Origin: Candidatus Omnitrophota bacterium
Lineage (GTDB): Bacteria > Omnitrophota > Gorgyraeia > Gygaellales > Profunditerraquicolaceae
Assembly: GCA_018825985.1 (NCBI GenBank)
Contig: JAHKAP010000024.1
Location: 3,095-67,094 of the forward strand
Direction: 5' to 3'
DNA: 64,000 bases
The notes beneath the pieces are model-generated. The model searched no databases. It saw nothing but the letters and a program-made list of their open reading frames with translations, and was not told where the DNA came from. Below, piece by piece: positions 1 to 11,400 of the stretch (position 1 is the first letter of the stretch; each line of letters starts with the position of its first letter). A program made the translations under genes and the position numbers.

Positions 1-575
1 TTTACGGAGTTTTAGGGGGATTTCTTTTGGGTGTCGGAAGAATGCCTGTCCCCTGGCAGGCGTTATTATTATCAATTGTTATTTATGTAGCATTGCCTCT
101 TGTAGCAGGATATTTTACACGGAAGTGGGTTGTGTCATATAAAGGTATTGAGTGGTTTAATGAGAAGTTCCTTCATGTATTGAACCCTGTTTCAATTATC
201 GCTCTTTTATTTACCCTTGTGCTTTTATTCTCATTCAAGGGTAGGATTATCCTTGCTCAGCCATTAACGATTCTATGGATTGCAATTCCACTTTTTATCC
301 AAACTTGTTTTATTTTTACAATCACATACTGGATGGCAAAGAAAATGAAATTAAGATATGAGGATGCTGCTCCTTCGGCAATGGTTGGTGCAAGTAATCA
401 CTTTGAAGTTGCTATTGCCACAGCGACTATGCTTTTCGGGATTTCATCGGGAGCTGCTCTGGCGACAGTTGTGGGCGTTTTGATTGAGGTGCCGGTTATG
501 TTGATGTTAGTGAAATTCTGCTTACGGACACAGAATTGGTTTAGGTGCGAAAACCGATCGGTGCAGAAAATATAA
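1..575 (+). CDS. acr3: arsenite efflux transporter, ACR3 family, C-terminal fragment (5' end lies outside the window)
   Basis: ORF 27..575 translation ends with the [13 protein letters not shown]...LFG motif block and multiple TM helices typical of the Acr3 C-terminus; the reading frame is open back to base 1. Confidence 0.6.
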   Translation, partial: YGVLGGFLLGVGRMPVPWQALLLSIVIYVALPLVAGYFTRKWVVSYKGIEWFNEKFLHVLNPVSIIALLFTLVLLFSFKGRIILAQPLTILWIAIPLFIQTCFIFTITYWMAKKMKLRYEDAAPSAMVGASNHFEVAIATATMLFGISSGAALATVVGVLIEVPVMLMLVKFCLRTQNWFRCENRSVQKI

Positions 576-742
576 GTAGTTTATAAGGTTAAGAAGTGAT
601 AAGGAACCTTATGTCCACCTAAAAGAGGAGGACATTTTACATCTATTCACTCGTCAAATAGTTACGCAATTTCCCGTCAAGAATTACCTGACATTTCGGA
701 CATGCTTAGCGAGGAAATAGCCTCTCTAAAGGCAAAATATTC

Positions 743-771
743 TTGATATATCAAGGTATTCAGTCTATAAT
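743..771 (+). promoter_or_regulatory. sigma70-like promoter (TTGATA, 17 nt spacer, TATAAT) ahead of the yqaA-like gene
   Basis: ttgata at 743-748, 17 nt spacer, tataat at 766-771; followed by a ~90 nt leader containing a hairpin plus T-run (about 800-845). Confidence 0.4.
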
Positions 772-866
772 TGCCCTAGTGAATTCAGAGAGGTTTCCCC
801 TCGGTTCATGCGAGAGGGACCCCATTTTTTTGCTTCGTAAGCATAAACTTTCTAGGAAAGAATCAA

Positions 867-1499
867 ATGCTTTTTATTGCCGCAGCCAGGGCTGTTTTAG
901 GATTCCCTTCAAAGTTATTGCGTAAATTGTACGATTGGACTCTTCATTGGGCTAAAACCCCCCAAGCCCAGGTTGCCCTATTTATCATAGCATTCATCGA
1001 GAGTTCATTTTTCCCCATTCCTCCGGACGTTTTGTTGATTGCGATGGTGATTGTCCAGCGCGCGAAGTGGTTCCACTATGCGCTTATTTCTACCATTGGA
1101 TCAGTTCTAGGGGCGCTGTTCGGTTATTTTATAGGCTGGAGCTTGTTTGAAACTTTTGGTAAAATGATCCTATCATTCTATCATTTAGAAAAACAATTTG
1201 AAATTGTCGGCAGGATGTATGCAGATAACGCGCTTATAGCTGTTTTTTCAGCCGCTTTTACACCGATACCATATAAAGTTTTTACGATTGCTGCCGGCCT
1301 TTTTAAAATTTCTATTCCTACCTTGATTGTTGCGTCGATTCTTGGTAGGGCAGGAAGGTTTTTTTTAGTATCAGGGTTATTGCGTCTTTTTGGCGATAAA
1401 ATCAGCAGTCTTATAGAGAAGTATTTTGATCTGATATCAATCCTTTTTGTTGCTGGGATCATTGGCGGTTATGTAACCATTAAATACCTGGCGCATTAA
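867..1499 (+). CDS. yqaA: DedA/YqaA family membrane protein (SNARE-associated domain)
   Basis: FIESSFFPIPPDVLL motif and a polytopic membrane profile. Confidence 0.65.
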   Translation: MLFIAAARAVLGFPSKLLRKLYDWTLHWAKTPQAQVALFIIAFIESSFFPIPPDVLLIAMVIVQRAKWFHYALISTIGSVLGALFGYFIGWSLFETFGKMILSFYHLEKQFEIVGRMYADNALIAVFSAAFTPIPYKVFTIAAGLFKISIPTLIVASILGRAGRFFLVSGLLRLFGDKISSLIEKYFDLISILFVAGIIGGYVTIKYLAH

Positions 1500-1574
1500 A
1501 ATAATTTCCATATTCAATTATGTTTATGCGGCTTTTAAATTGGACTGGTAATAAGCGGGGCACCTGGGCCTGCA

Positions 1575-2702
1575 ATGAAGAATATGAAAATAATAATCCA
1601 ATTCGAGAAAAAACCGATCTTATTCCAGGACCCGCATTTCATTATCCGCTGTAATCAACCCGCGCAACTTGACAGCTGCTTTACGGATATGGAGGCCGCG
1701 CTTAAAAAAAACTATTACCTGGCAGGTTTTTTATCTTACGAGGCAGGCTATTGTTTTGAAGAAAAACTAAGAGAGAATAAAAACTACGAATTTCCGCTTA
1801 TTTATCTGGGTGCTTACGCTAAGCCGTCTATTTTTAAGCCTTATTTTGATAAATCCCGTCGAAAAGAAAGAATCAGTAACCCCTGCCTTAATATCTCTCG
1901 GGAAAAATATTTTTCCAATATTCATGCTATACGCAGCAGCATAGCAAAAGGCGATGTTTATCAGATAACTTACTGCCTAAAATTATTATTTGAGTTCTCC
2001 GGAGATACTTTCCATCTCTACAATACTCTTTTAAATGAACAACCAGTGCCTTATCCAGCCTACTTAGAAACAAATGAATTCAAGATACTATCCCTTTCTC
2101 CCGAAATGTTTATCAAAAAAACCGGCAGGCGCGTCATTACCAAACCGATGAAAGGAACATGGCAGCGCGGGATAAACCCGGCAAGCGATTTTTGCCGTAG
2201 GATACGCTTCAAGTTTGACAGGAAAAACCGGGCCGAAAATCTGATGATCGCCGACCTTTTAAGAAATGACCTGGGTAGAATAGGAACTGACATACGGGCT
2301 CCCAAACTTTTTGATGTAACCGGATATAAAACTCTTTTTCAGATGACTTCGACTGTTACAGGTAAAATGGATAATAATATTTCTTTGTATGGGCTTTTTA
2401 AGTCCATCTTTCCATCTGGCTCAGTAACAGGAACGCCAAAGATCCGAGCCATGGAGATCATTAAAGAAATCGAGCCTGAAGAACGCAGGATATATACCGG
2501 CGCGATCGGATATATCACTCCTGAAAAAGACCTCTTCTTTAATGTGCCGATCCGGACTCTTTTAATAAAAGATGGGCGCGGAGAAATGGGTATTGGCGGC
2601 GGGATTGTCTGGGATTCTACGCCACTTGGCGAATGGAACGAAGGCCTGCTTAAAGCCAGCTTCCTTACAAAACAAAATCGGGGACAGGTCCCTTTATTCT
2701 AA
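1575..2702 (+). CDS. pabB: chorismate-binding enzyme, aminodeoxychorismate synthase component I-like (short PabB type)
   Basis: chorismate-binding signature region LSPEMFIKK...ITKPMKGT; C-terminal GIGGGIVWDS. Confidence 0.65.
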   Translation: MKNMKIIIQFEKKPILFQDPHFIIRCNQPAQLDSCFTDMEAALKKNYYLAGFLSYEAGYCFEEKLRENKNYEFPLIYLGAYAKPSIFKPYFDKSRRKERISNPCLNISREKYFSNIHAIRSSIAKGDVYQITYCLKLLFEFSGDTFHLYNTLLNEQPVPYPAYLETNEFKILSLSPEMFIKKTGRRVITKPMKGTWQRGINPASDFCRRIRFKFDRKNRAENLMIADLLRNDLGRIGTDIRAPKLFDVTGYKTLFQMTSTVTGKMDNNISLYGLFKSIFPSGSVTGTPKIRAMEIIKEIEPEERRIYTGAIGYITPEKDLFFNVPIRTLLIKDGRGEMGIGGGIVWDSTPLGEWNEGLLKASFLTKQNRGQVPLF

Positions 2703-2977
2703 CTCGTTGTTGGATATAATAGTTAAATTAATGCGCTTTGCACTTTTTACTATTTATCCTATTCTTTAAAAATGCAAACTGATTTTCCAAAACATATTGT
2801 ATTATATGGTATTACAATAAGGGGGCCTGTCCCTCTATGTGCCCCCCCTATGTTGTCAAGTTAACCTTGACCCATTGTCCCGAACAAGTCGGAAACAGTT
2901 TCCCTTGCTAATTGTTGTTGCTTAATTCCTATAATGTGTTATAATGTAAAAGATTATTAAAAGATTAGAAAATCTTA

Positions 2978-3017
2978 AACCGTAAAGGAAGACTACTAAC
3001 TTTTACGGTTTTTTTAT
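2978..3017 (+). terminator. hairpin plus T-run (aaccgtaaa...tttacggtt then ttttttta); intrinsic terminator or attenuator ahead of the DEAD-box helicase unit
   Basis: 9 bp stem 2978-2986/3002-3010, 15 nt loop, T-run 3009-3016. Confidence 0.35.
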
Positions 3018-3027
3018 TGGAGGTAAA

Positions 3028-3189
3028 ATGGGAATCAAAGTTAAAACTTCTTATAAAGGCAGGAGATGTAAGTTCCCTCACTGCAAGCATATCTTAAGTA
3101 TCTACAACCACGAACTTTTTTGCCATATTCACTTAGGCGAGGTTAACTGCAAACAATATCTAAAAAAGGCCAAGAATAATGCCACATAG
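3028..3189 (+). CDS. 53 aa Cys/His-rich small protein (putative zinc-ribbon); overlaps the helicase start
   Basis: ATG 3028 preceded by GGAGGT; translation MGIKVKTSYKGRRCKFPHCKHILSIYNHELFCHIHLGEVNCKQYLKKAKNNAT; stop TAG 3187-3189 overlaps the helicase ATG 3179 out of frame; absent from the ORF track because it is under 60 aa. Confidence 0.35.
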   Translation: MGIKVKTSYKGRRCKFPHCKHILSIYNHELFCHIHLGEVNCKQYLKKAKNNAT

Positions 3190-4426
3190 ATCAATCAACC
3201 CGGATAATCTTGCTCAAGCGCCTAAACAGCCTGTACCGAGCTTTTACGGCATGGGCACAGCGCCTAAGATCCTGGAGATTCTTGAGCGGATTAAATTTAA
3301 AGTACCCACCCCGATCCAGTTAAAAGCCATTCCGATTGCGATCCAGGCTAAAGATATTATTGGGATCGCCCAGACCGGGACCGGGAAAACACACTCTTTC
3401 GCAATTCCTATGGTCCAATTATTAGCCCAGAAAAGCGGCACCGGATTAATTCTGGCTCCAACCCGAGAATTAGCCTTGCAGATCGAACAGGCGTTTCAGG
3501 GCCTGGCCCATCCATTCGGAATGAAAACCGCCTGCCTTATCGGAGGCGCTCCAATGGAAGGACAAACCCAGGCTTTGCATAAAAACCCCAGAATAATAAT
3601 CGCCACTCCCGGAAGGCTGCTTGACCATATGAGCAGGTGGAACGTGATCCCTGATGAAGTAGTAATGCTGGTGCTGGATGAGGCTGACCGGATGCTGGAT
3701 ATGGGATTTGCTCCCGACGTTGAAAAAATCCTTAAATTTATGCCCAAAGATAGACAAACTATGCTTTTTTCCGCCACCATTCCGAAAGAAATCATGGAAA
3801 TGGCTGCTAAACATATGAAACTTCCTATATGTGTGGAGATCGCTCCTTCAGGAACTATGGCCAAAGATATCACCCAGGAATTATTCATCGTAAAAAAAGA
3901 CGCTAAATTAAAAACTCTGGGCAAGCTGCTTACCCAATATCACGGCCCGGTACTTTTATTTTCTAGAACCAAATATAATGCGAAAAAAATAACCCGTTCG
4001 ATCAAAGACATGGGCTATAGCGCGGCTGAGATCCATTCTAACCGCACATTGATCCAGCGCAGAGAAGCCCTGGAAGGATTTAAACGCGGTAAATATAAAG
4101 TGCTGGTAGCTACGGATATCGCTTCCCGAGGTATTGACGTTACAGGGATCGAGTTGGTTATCAACTATGACCTTCCTGAAGACGCCCAGAATTATGTTCA
4201 TCGTATCGGCCGCACCGGAAGAGCCGGGAACAAAGGCCATGCTATCTCTTTTGCTACTCCTGACCAGAGCCGGGATGTCCGGGATATTGAAAAACTGATC
4301 AAAACTACCCTCCCCCTGTCAAAACGCCCCGAGATATCACACGAGAAATATTCTGATTTTTCCCAACAACCCGCAAATAAAAAATCCAGGCCTTTTTTCA
4401 GGTCCAGGCGTCCGCGCCAACATTAA
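3179..4426 (+). CDS. DEAD-box ATP-dependent RNA helicase (RhlE/CshA-like)
   Basis: Q-motif, GTGKTHSF Walker A, DEAD box VLDEADRMLDMGF, SAT, HRIGRTGRAG motif VI; basic C-terminal tail. Confidence 0.9.
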   Translation: MPHRSINPDNLAQAPKQPVPSFYGMGTAPKILEILERIKFKVPTPIQLKAIPIAIQAKDIIGIAQTGTGKTHSFAIPMVQLLAQKSGTGLILAPTRELALQIEQAFQGLAHPFGMKTACLIGGAPMEGQTQALHKNPRIIIATPGRLLDHMSRWNVIPDEVVMLVLDEADRMLDMGFAPDVEKILKFMPKDRQTMLFSATIPKEIMEMAAKHMKLPICVEIAPSGTMAKDITQELFIVKKDAKLKTLGKLLTQYHGPVLLFSRTKYNAKKITRSIKDMGYSAAEIHSNRTLIQRREALEGFKRGKYKVLVATDIASRGIDVTGIELVINYDLPEDAQNYVHRIGRTGRAGNKGHAISFATPDQSRDVRDIEKLIKTTLPLSKRPEISHEKYSDFSQQPANKKSRPFFRSRRPRQH

Positions 4427-4544
4427 ACCGACCATCCGAACCTTTGCCCACTTCGTCGCCGGGATTAGGGAGATGAATTACGCTTATTTTATTACTTACA
4501 ATGTGGTTAGCGGATTATTGTGGGTGGCGATATCGGGACACCGC

Positions 4545-5543
4545 CTATATTTTTAATCCGCAGCCTTCAATACCTTTTTTTTCGTAATATTGCTGATGAT
4601 ACTCTTCAGCCGGACAAAATTCATAAGCCGGCGCGATCTCTGTAACTATCTTATCCTTATAAACCTTTGCCTTATCCAGGTTAGCTTTGGAAACCATTGC
4701 AGAGCGCTCCTGCTCAGGGTTAAGATAAAATATGGCTGAGCGGTATTGCGAACCGATATCCGGCCCCTGCCTGTTCGTAGAAGTTGGATCGTGCATCTTC
4801 CAAAAAACATCCAGTAGTTTTTCATATGAAATCTTAGTAGGGTCAAACCTGATTTTGACTGATTCGGCATGCCCGGTTTTACCTGAACAAACATCCTCAT
4901 AAGCGGGGTCTTTAAAATTACCTCCGCTGTAACCAACCTGGGTAAATATCACTCCTTTAAGTTTACGGAACTGCGCCTCCACACCCCAGAAACAACCCGC
5001 GGCAAATATAGCTTCCTCTAAATTTAAAGGAGCAAAAACAAGGGCCGCGGAATTTAGGCAATAACGTTTGCCGGTTGGCATTGGCCCATCATCAAAAACA
5101 TGCCCTAAATGGGCATCGCAGCGGCTGCAGGTTATCTCTAATCTTTGGATACCAAGGCTATTATCGGGCTTAAGCCGGATATTCAACTCTGATACCGGAT
5201 TCCAAAAACTCGGCCAGCCGGTCCCGGATTCAAACTTAGTTTCTACGTTAAACAAATCAGTGCCGCAGCCAACGCATTTATAGATCCCTTTTTCTTTAGG
5301 TAACTCACATTTCCCCGAAACCGGGTTCTCTGTCCCCTTGAGCCTAGTGACCCGGTATTGCTCAGGAGTAAGTATTTTCTTCCATTCCTGTTCGGTCTTG
5401 TATATTTTTTCCACCTCTTCAATCTGATTACTGGCACTGTTAAAAATTTTAATTTTTTCCGGATTAGCTTTTAAATTATCCATGCCCCCTCCGCTTAAAA
5501 ACAAAAAAATACCGATAAACAAAATCTTCATAAATATTGTCAC
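4545..5543 (-). CDS. msrAB: bifunctional peptide methionine sulfoxide reductase MsrB-MsrA fusion, secreted
   Basis: N-terminal signal peptide; MsrB CxxC...RYCLNSAAL; MsrA GCFWGVEAQF active site. Confidence 0.85.
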   Translation of the reverse strand: MTIFMKILFIGIFLFLSGGGMDNLKANPEKIKIFNSASNQIEEVEKIYKTEQEWKKILTPEQYRVTRLKGTENPVSGKCELPKEKGIYKCVGCGTDLFNVETKFESGTGWPSFWNPVSELNIRLKPDNSLGIQRLEITCSRCDAHLGHVFDDGPMPTGKRYCLNSAALVFAPLNLEEAIFAAGCFWGVEAQFRKLKGVIFTQVGYSGGNFKDPAYEDVCSGKTGHAESVKIRFDPTKISYEKLLDVFWKMHDPTSTNRQGPDIGSQYRSAIFYLNPEQERSAMVSKANLDKAKVYKDKIVTEIAPAYEFCPAEEYHQQYYEKKGIEGCGLKI

Positions 5544-5552
5544 CCCATCCTC

Positions 5553-8417
5553 CTATCTGCATAAATAAAAAAACTGGCAATATTCGCAATGGCGCGGGTC
5601 AGAATCATCGGCTTTAAAAGGCACTGCCGGGTCCAATAGATCCTTAAATAAACCTTCCATTGCCTTTTGATAGATACCCGTTATCCTCGCTTTATCGGAA
5701 AAATGTTCTTCTTTTTTAAACAACATATGCAGACCAAAGTTGTCCTTAAATTCCCTTAAATTGTACAAACAGGCATTAAGTCTTTTCCCTGGATATAATT
5801 TTTCAATCAAAGAAAGATAAAGCGGCAATTGAAAAGATTTAAGCCTCTCCTGCAGGCTCTTACGGCTAAAACCAGCGGCCTCGATCTTGCCTGCCTCATC
5901 CGGCAGAAGATCGGTTGAGCCGGTTTTATAATCAACTACCAATATGGTGTTGTCGCTTAAGTTATCGATCCGGTCGATCCTGGCTTTGAATTTAAATTCC
6001 TGTCCCAAGAACTCAAATTTGTCTTCCAGGGTTTTTTCCAAAGATAAAACCTGCTTAACTCCTCTCTTAGACTCATTTTCCAGGAAACGCTTTAGCCTGA
6101 ATTCCAGGACCTCTTTGATCAAAAATGAATCAGATCGCATTTTTTTCTGGAATTCCCGCTGAAATTTATCTTCAAAAAGAATAAAAAAATCTTTTTTGAA
6201 TTTATCGTTTAGTACAGGTTTTTTATTGATGAATTTAATAAATGCCTCTTCCAGTAATTCGTGCAGGAAATTACCCACATCCTTGGCTTCGGGCTCCTGG
6301 AGTGAGTCTTCTTTTTCTTCCAGGCCCAATACATAACGATAATAAAACTGCAGAGGGCAATTTAAATAAGTATCCATGCTGGAGGCGGAATAACGCATTT
6401 TTTTTAAAAAATTTATGATCCGGACATCTTTTGCTATCTCGGAGTGTTTAGGCAGGACTCTGACCTGAAAGCTGGCTTTAGGAATTGAGATTACTTCGAG
6501 CCTATTTTCTTTCTTTTGTTTCTCCCAGATAAGCTCTTCAATGAACCGGCTCTTCTCATTTTTATTGCTCTGGCAATAGACCAGGTAAACATTTTTAGCG
6601 GACGAGATCAGGCGTTGAAACTGGTAACGCTGGATCTCCTCTTCCTTTTCCAGGCGGTTCAACCCCAGGCTGATCATTATTTCTCTGGGGATCAATGGCT
6701 CATAGATTTTCAACTTCGGCAGGACTGATTCATTGGCATCCAGAACTATCACATTCTCGAAATTAAGCGAACGGGTCTCAAATAACCCCAGGACCTGCAA
6801 ACCCTTAAGCGGAGAACCGGAAAAAGAGACCATTTCGTTTTCCAGCTTGTTATTGAATATCTTAAATATCTCCTCAGGGGCAAAGGCTTCTTTGCCAAAA
6901 GAGGCATTCTGAAACTCTTCAATAATTTCCTGAACCTTCTGAGCCATTTTCAGGTTTAAAGGATAATTACTTAAAAGGCTTTTCTGGATCAGGATCTTCA
7001 GAAAGTTATTCAGGTTATCGGCAAAACTACCGAGATCTTTCAAACCTTCCCAATTTAGAAATAGTAATTGATGCAGCTGTTTTAACGCTTGTTTAATCTC
7101 ATCCCGGGTAACTTCTATATCCATTTTTTTCATTGTCGCCAAACACAGATCAAACAGCTCCCGGCAGGTTTCTACATCCGAAATCTTGATAAACAGGCTC
7201 CCGGCCAACTCAGTCTTTTCAATACCGGTAAGCGCTTCTTCAACTTTATGGACCATTACCCGTGTAACCGCCGGATTATTCCCTATCAGCATTAAATTTT
7301 TTACCAAAGGATGGGCCAAGGCCAAAAGATAATCCTTGGCGTAATAAGAGCTGTTCTTTTTAGTCTCCTGGGCCTTAAAGATATCGTTAAAAAGCGCATA
7401 CAGGGAGCTTCTTTTTAAAGGATAACCGATCGAAACATTAAAATCCCGGACGCAGGAGGATATCTCAGATAGCAATGGAATAACGCTCTCCGGCTGAGGC
7501 AAAAGGATCACAGTTTTATCCGGATCTTTGATCTTCTTAACGATCTCCCGGACTAAGCCGACCTGGGAATGCTGATTAAAACCGGCGAATATCTGCAGGT
7601 TGTATTCGCTCGGACTTTCCTTTTCCGGATCAATCTTAATTGACAACTCTTGGCTTAAATTATCCAATACGCTGTACTCCCGGGCCGAGCCTTGGAAAAA
7701 AAACAATGCTTTATTCTGCTGGTAAACCGCTTTTAAAATGGCGGACTCAGTTTTATGCAGATAAAAGAATCCGGCGAAAATAATTTCTTCGAATTCAGGG
7801 AATTCGATTTTAGAAATAAGCTGGCTGACAGTCAAATAAACTAAACCCCGGGAATAAATATTATTCTGCCTCAAATGCCCATGAAATGCCTGCCTTAAAT
7901 GAATTATATCTTTTAATAAAGAATTGATGTTCTCCGGAACATCATATCCGATTCCAGCTTTCAGTTCGACATTCTTCAGGGAAACATCCCCTATCCCCTC
8001 CAGATCCAACTGCTCAATAAACGAGAGGATCTCCCTGGACCAGGGGATAAACTGAGAAAAGCCCGGCCAAGATTTTAAAATATCCGGGGATATCTCTTTG
8101 GCCAGTTTATAGATCAGATAGCTGGCGTCCAGGTCGCCGATCCGGGAAAAAGGGGCTTTTTTATTTAAAACAAATTCGATGAATTCATCAATATTGAAAA
8201 AAGAGGGCGGGAAAAAACCTTTCTTTATCCTGCGGGAGAGTTCTTTTTTAAGGAATAGGCTGGGCCTTTTACCTCCGAATACTATAGCCAGCTTACTGAT
8301 ATCCTTGGCCCTGTCGATATAGTTTTTTTCAATGAACCCGGCTAAATTAACGATAAAGTTATCGCTTAAGTTATAAGTAATGACTTTATCCATTAACTTC
8401 CTCCAGGCTTGGTTCAT
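5553..8417 (-). CDS. addB: AddB/RexB-type helicase-nuclease subunit (PD-(D/E)XK nuclease with Fe-S cluster)
   Basis: C-terminal LVVDYKTGS nuclease motif and CEYCQFFYLC cysteine cluster; 954 aa; 32 bp overlap with upstream addA. Confidence 0.7.
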   Translation of the reverse strand: MNQAWRKLMDKVITYNLSDNFIVNLAGFIEKNYIDRAKDISKLAIVFGGKRPSLFLKKELSRRIKKGFFPPSFFNIDEFIEFVLNKKAPFSRIGDLDASYLIYKLAKEISPDILKSWPGFSQFIPWSREILSFIEQLDLEGIGDVSLKNVELKAGIGYDVPENINSLLKDIIHLRQAFHGHLRQNNIYSRGLVYLTVSQLISKIEFPEFEEIIFAGFFYLHKTESAILKAVYQQNKALFFFQGSAREYSVLDNLSQELSIKIDPEKESPSEYNLQIFAGFNQHSQVGLVREIVKKIKDPDKTVILLPQPESVIPLLSEISSCVRDFNVSIGYPLKRSSLYALFNDIFKAQETKKNSSYYAKDYLLALAHPLVKNLMLIGNNPAVTRVMVHKVEEALTGIEKTELAGSLFIKISDVETCRELFDLCLATMKKMDIEVTRDEIKQALKQLHQLLFLNWEGLKDLGSFADNLNNFLKILIQKSLLSNYPLNLKMAQKVQEIIEEFQNASFGKEAFAPEEIFKIFNNKLENEMVSFSGSPLKGLQVLGLFETRSLNFENVIVLDANESVLPKLKIYEPLIPREIMISLGLNRLEKEEEIQRYQFQRLISSAKNVYLVYCQSNKNEKSRFIEELIWEKQKKENRLEVISIPKASFQVRVLPKHSEIAKDVRIINFLKKMRYSASSMDTYLNCPLQFYYRYVLGLEEKEDSLQEPEAKDVGNFLHELLEEAFIKFINKKPVLNDKFKKDFFILFEDKFQREFQKKMRSDSFLIKEVLEFRLKRFLENESKRGVKQVLSLEKTLEDKFEFLGQEFKFKARIDRIDNLSDNTILVVDYKTGSTDLLPDEAGKIEAAGFSRKSLQERLKSFQLPLYLSLIEKLYPGKRLNACLYNLREFKDNFGLHMLFKKEEHFSDKARITGIYQKAMEGLFKDLLDPAVPFKADDSDPRHCEYCQFFYLCR

Positions 8418-11400
8418 CCAAATAGATCAAATATCCCTCTACTTTTAACTCGGGATAAATATCTTTAATGATTTTCATATATTCTTTAACCTGGCCTTGA
8501 TAATCCGCGGCTGCGGGCTCCTCCCTGGAACTCTTATAATCAATGATAACCGCCTTATTTTTATTCAGCAGGAGACGGTCGATACGCTTAGTATTTCCGA
8601 AACGATCAACCAGTTCTTTTTCCGGATATACCCGGCATCCGTAAGATTCAAAAAAATCCCGGAATTTTTTATCTTCTAATAACCGCAGGACCGACTCTTT
8701 GTAATAAGCAGAGTCCGATATAAACGGATACTTAAACCCGGCCTTTTCTATCGCCGAATCAACTATTTTTTTATTGTCCTCGCCGGTTAGATCGCCGATA
8801 AAAGATAAGATATGATGCAAGGCTTCTCCAATAAGCGCTTTATCTCTTGAGCGCAGCAAACCAATATCAATGAATTCCTCTTTCATTAGGTCGATCCAGT
8901 CGCGGTATTCGCTAACCGGAATAGGAATAGATGGCCCTAAAGCCTTGGGCGCGGGCACAACCCTGGCTATGCCTTCTGATCTTAGCCCTTTCTCTAAACC
9001 AACATCCGGAAAGAGTAGTATTGCCGGATTAACTTGGGCACGGGATCTCCCGGGGATAAAAACATATAGTTCTTCAATAGCCCGGGTAAAAGCCACATAA
9101 ATATTGTTCAATTCATCAAGCAAGGCCAATTTATATTCTTTGCGATAGGCCATTTCCAAAGTGGGGGAAAAAGAAGCATAACGCCTTTTAAGCCGGATAA
9201 GTTTAAGCAAATCATTGTCCGGATAAACTACGTCATTATCCGCCTGGACATTTATTTCCAGGAACGGAATAATAACTACCGCAAACTCCAATCCTTTAGC
9301 CTTATGAATAGTCAGGATCTTCACCGACTCAACCCCGGAGATATTTACATAAAGGTCCTCTTCCGGTAATCTTTCAAAATACCCCAGGAAACCAGCGATT
9401 CCGGGAACTTCAGCCTCCTGTTTTTTAATCAATTCCAGAAAATGCATAAAAAATCCCTGATATTCCGGAAAACTACCCAGGACTTTGAATTTATCGATTA
9501 TTTTAATCATTAGTTCATATAAAGGCGTAAAACCGGCATTCTTGAAAAATTCATCAAATAGCTCTTCCCAGGCCCCGGGAAATTCCCGGCGAAACTCCCG
9601 GTAAAGATAACCCTTCTCTTCAGTTTTTTTATCCCTTAAGTTAAAAAGAAAATTCTGGATCTTTTCAGCCGGTATTTTTCCGGCTGTGGAAAAAATATCT
9701 CCCAGAATAAACGAGGCAAAAGAAAGATTATCGATCGGTGAGTTTAAAAACTTAAGCAGAGAAACTAACTCCTTGATATAACGGTTTTCCCGGATATTCA
9801 GGGTCTTTTCAGATTCAACCGGTATACCTAAAGCCAGAACCCATTCCGACAAAAGCTTAACCTCTTCATTTTCCCGGGCCAGGATAGCGATATCCTGATA
9901 GTGGAATTCTAAAGTCAAATCTTTAAGCAACCCGCATAATTTTTCCTTAATCCTTTCTTCCCGGTCGATTTTATTTTCAACATCAATCAGCTCAACCTTG
10001 ACATAACCGCCGGATTTCTCTTCCTGGTAAGACTGGCCGGAACCCTTAAATACCGCAATAATATCGTTTTTATCCTGGGGTGATAATTTTAGGCTAGATT
10101 TACCGGACTCTTCTCTTTGGGTTAAAAACCTGGTCAGGTTATCCGCGGAGAAGATATGATTATTAAATTCAACGATAGTCTTAGCGCTGCGGAAATTTTT
10201 AAGCAGGGAGTTTTCAAAAACCTTAAACTGCCCCAGCTCTTTTTTGACCGAATCCATTAGAGTTACCTCGCCTCCCCGGAAACGGTATATCGCCTGTTTT
10301 TTATCGCCCACGTAAAAAAGCGAGCCTCCGGTAGAAAGCGCTTCTTCGATCATCGGATAAAGATTTTTCCATTGGAGGACAGAGGTATCCTGGAATTCAT
10401 CGATCAAAAAATGGCGTAGGCGGGTAGCCAGTCGGTAATAAAGCTCCGGCGGGCTTAAGGCCTTTTCGCTAAACAACATGCCGGCTTCTTTATTCATTGA
10501 CTCCAGGAAAAGGATATCTTCCTTACAAGAAATAACCTTAAGGTCTTCCAGGGCCAGGTTAAAAATAACTATGTAAGAATTAAAAACGTAAAGCGACTCT
10601 ATTTCGCAGAGCTGGCGGATATTAGTAGTTATACCTTCCCAGATCAAAGCAACCTCATCCGGGACTTCTTCGCCCTTTCTTATTGGGAATTCCGGACGCG
10701 CAAAAAATACCGAAAGATCATCTACATCAAAACTCTCAAGGTTTTCTTCCAGAAACGACCTTAGACTATGTGTAAAATTAGCATTGGTCTCTGGAGGCAA
10801 AATATTCTCAAGCTTGTTAAGTAATTTCAGGATATGTTTTTTCTTGATAATCAGATCTTCGGGTCTAATCCGGGAGGCGGAAAACTTGATCCCGTATTTA
10901 TTGCTCTGTGAGAAAAAGCCCTGGATGACGCCTAAGACCTCTTTTTTAGGAAACCATCCCAGGCGGTTATCAATATAAAGATACTGCTTAAGAAAACTAC
11001 GGAAGGCCTCCTTGACCTCTTTACTTGAAACAGAACGATCGATCAATTCATCCAGGCTGTAAGCCAGATAATCCCGGTAATCAGTGCGGACCTTAAAATT
11101 CGAAGAGAGCCCTAATTTAAATGCGCAGCCCGAGAGTATAGCGTTGATAAAACTATCAATGGTCTGGACCTGAAAATAATTATAATTCCGGATCAGATAT
11201 TCCATTGCCAGGAAGGCCTTCTTCCGGGAAAACTCATCGCTGGATACATCCAGGGCTGTTTTTTTTAGAAACTCCAGGATGCGTTCCTTCATCTCCAGCG
11301 CCGCCTTATTGGTAAAGGTAATAGCCAAGATATTATTCAGGGGGATATTTTTTAAATCAAGGGCGGGATTGATAATTAACCGGAGGTAGCGCTGAGCTAA

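Noticed and set aside
1181-1462. Numerous short antisense or embedded ORFs in the track (e.g. 1181..1462-, 3244..3441-, 3470..3924-, 5944..6162+, 12074..12520+, 30425..30865+, 30953..31312+, 54277..54651+, 55575..55937+)
   Set aside because: They lie wholly inside well-supported genes on the opposite strand or in other frames, and have no motifs or RBS. They were treated as non-coding.
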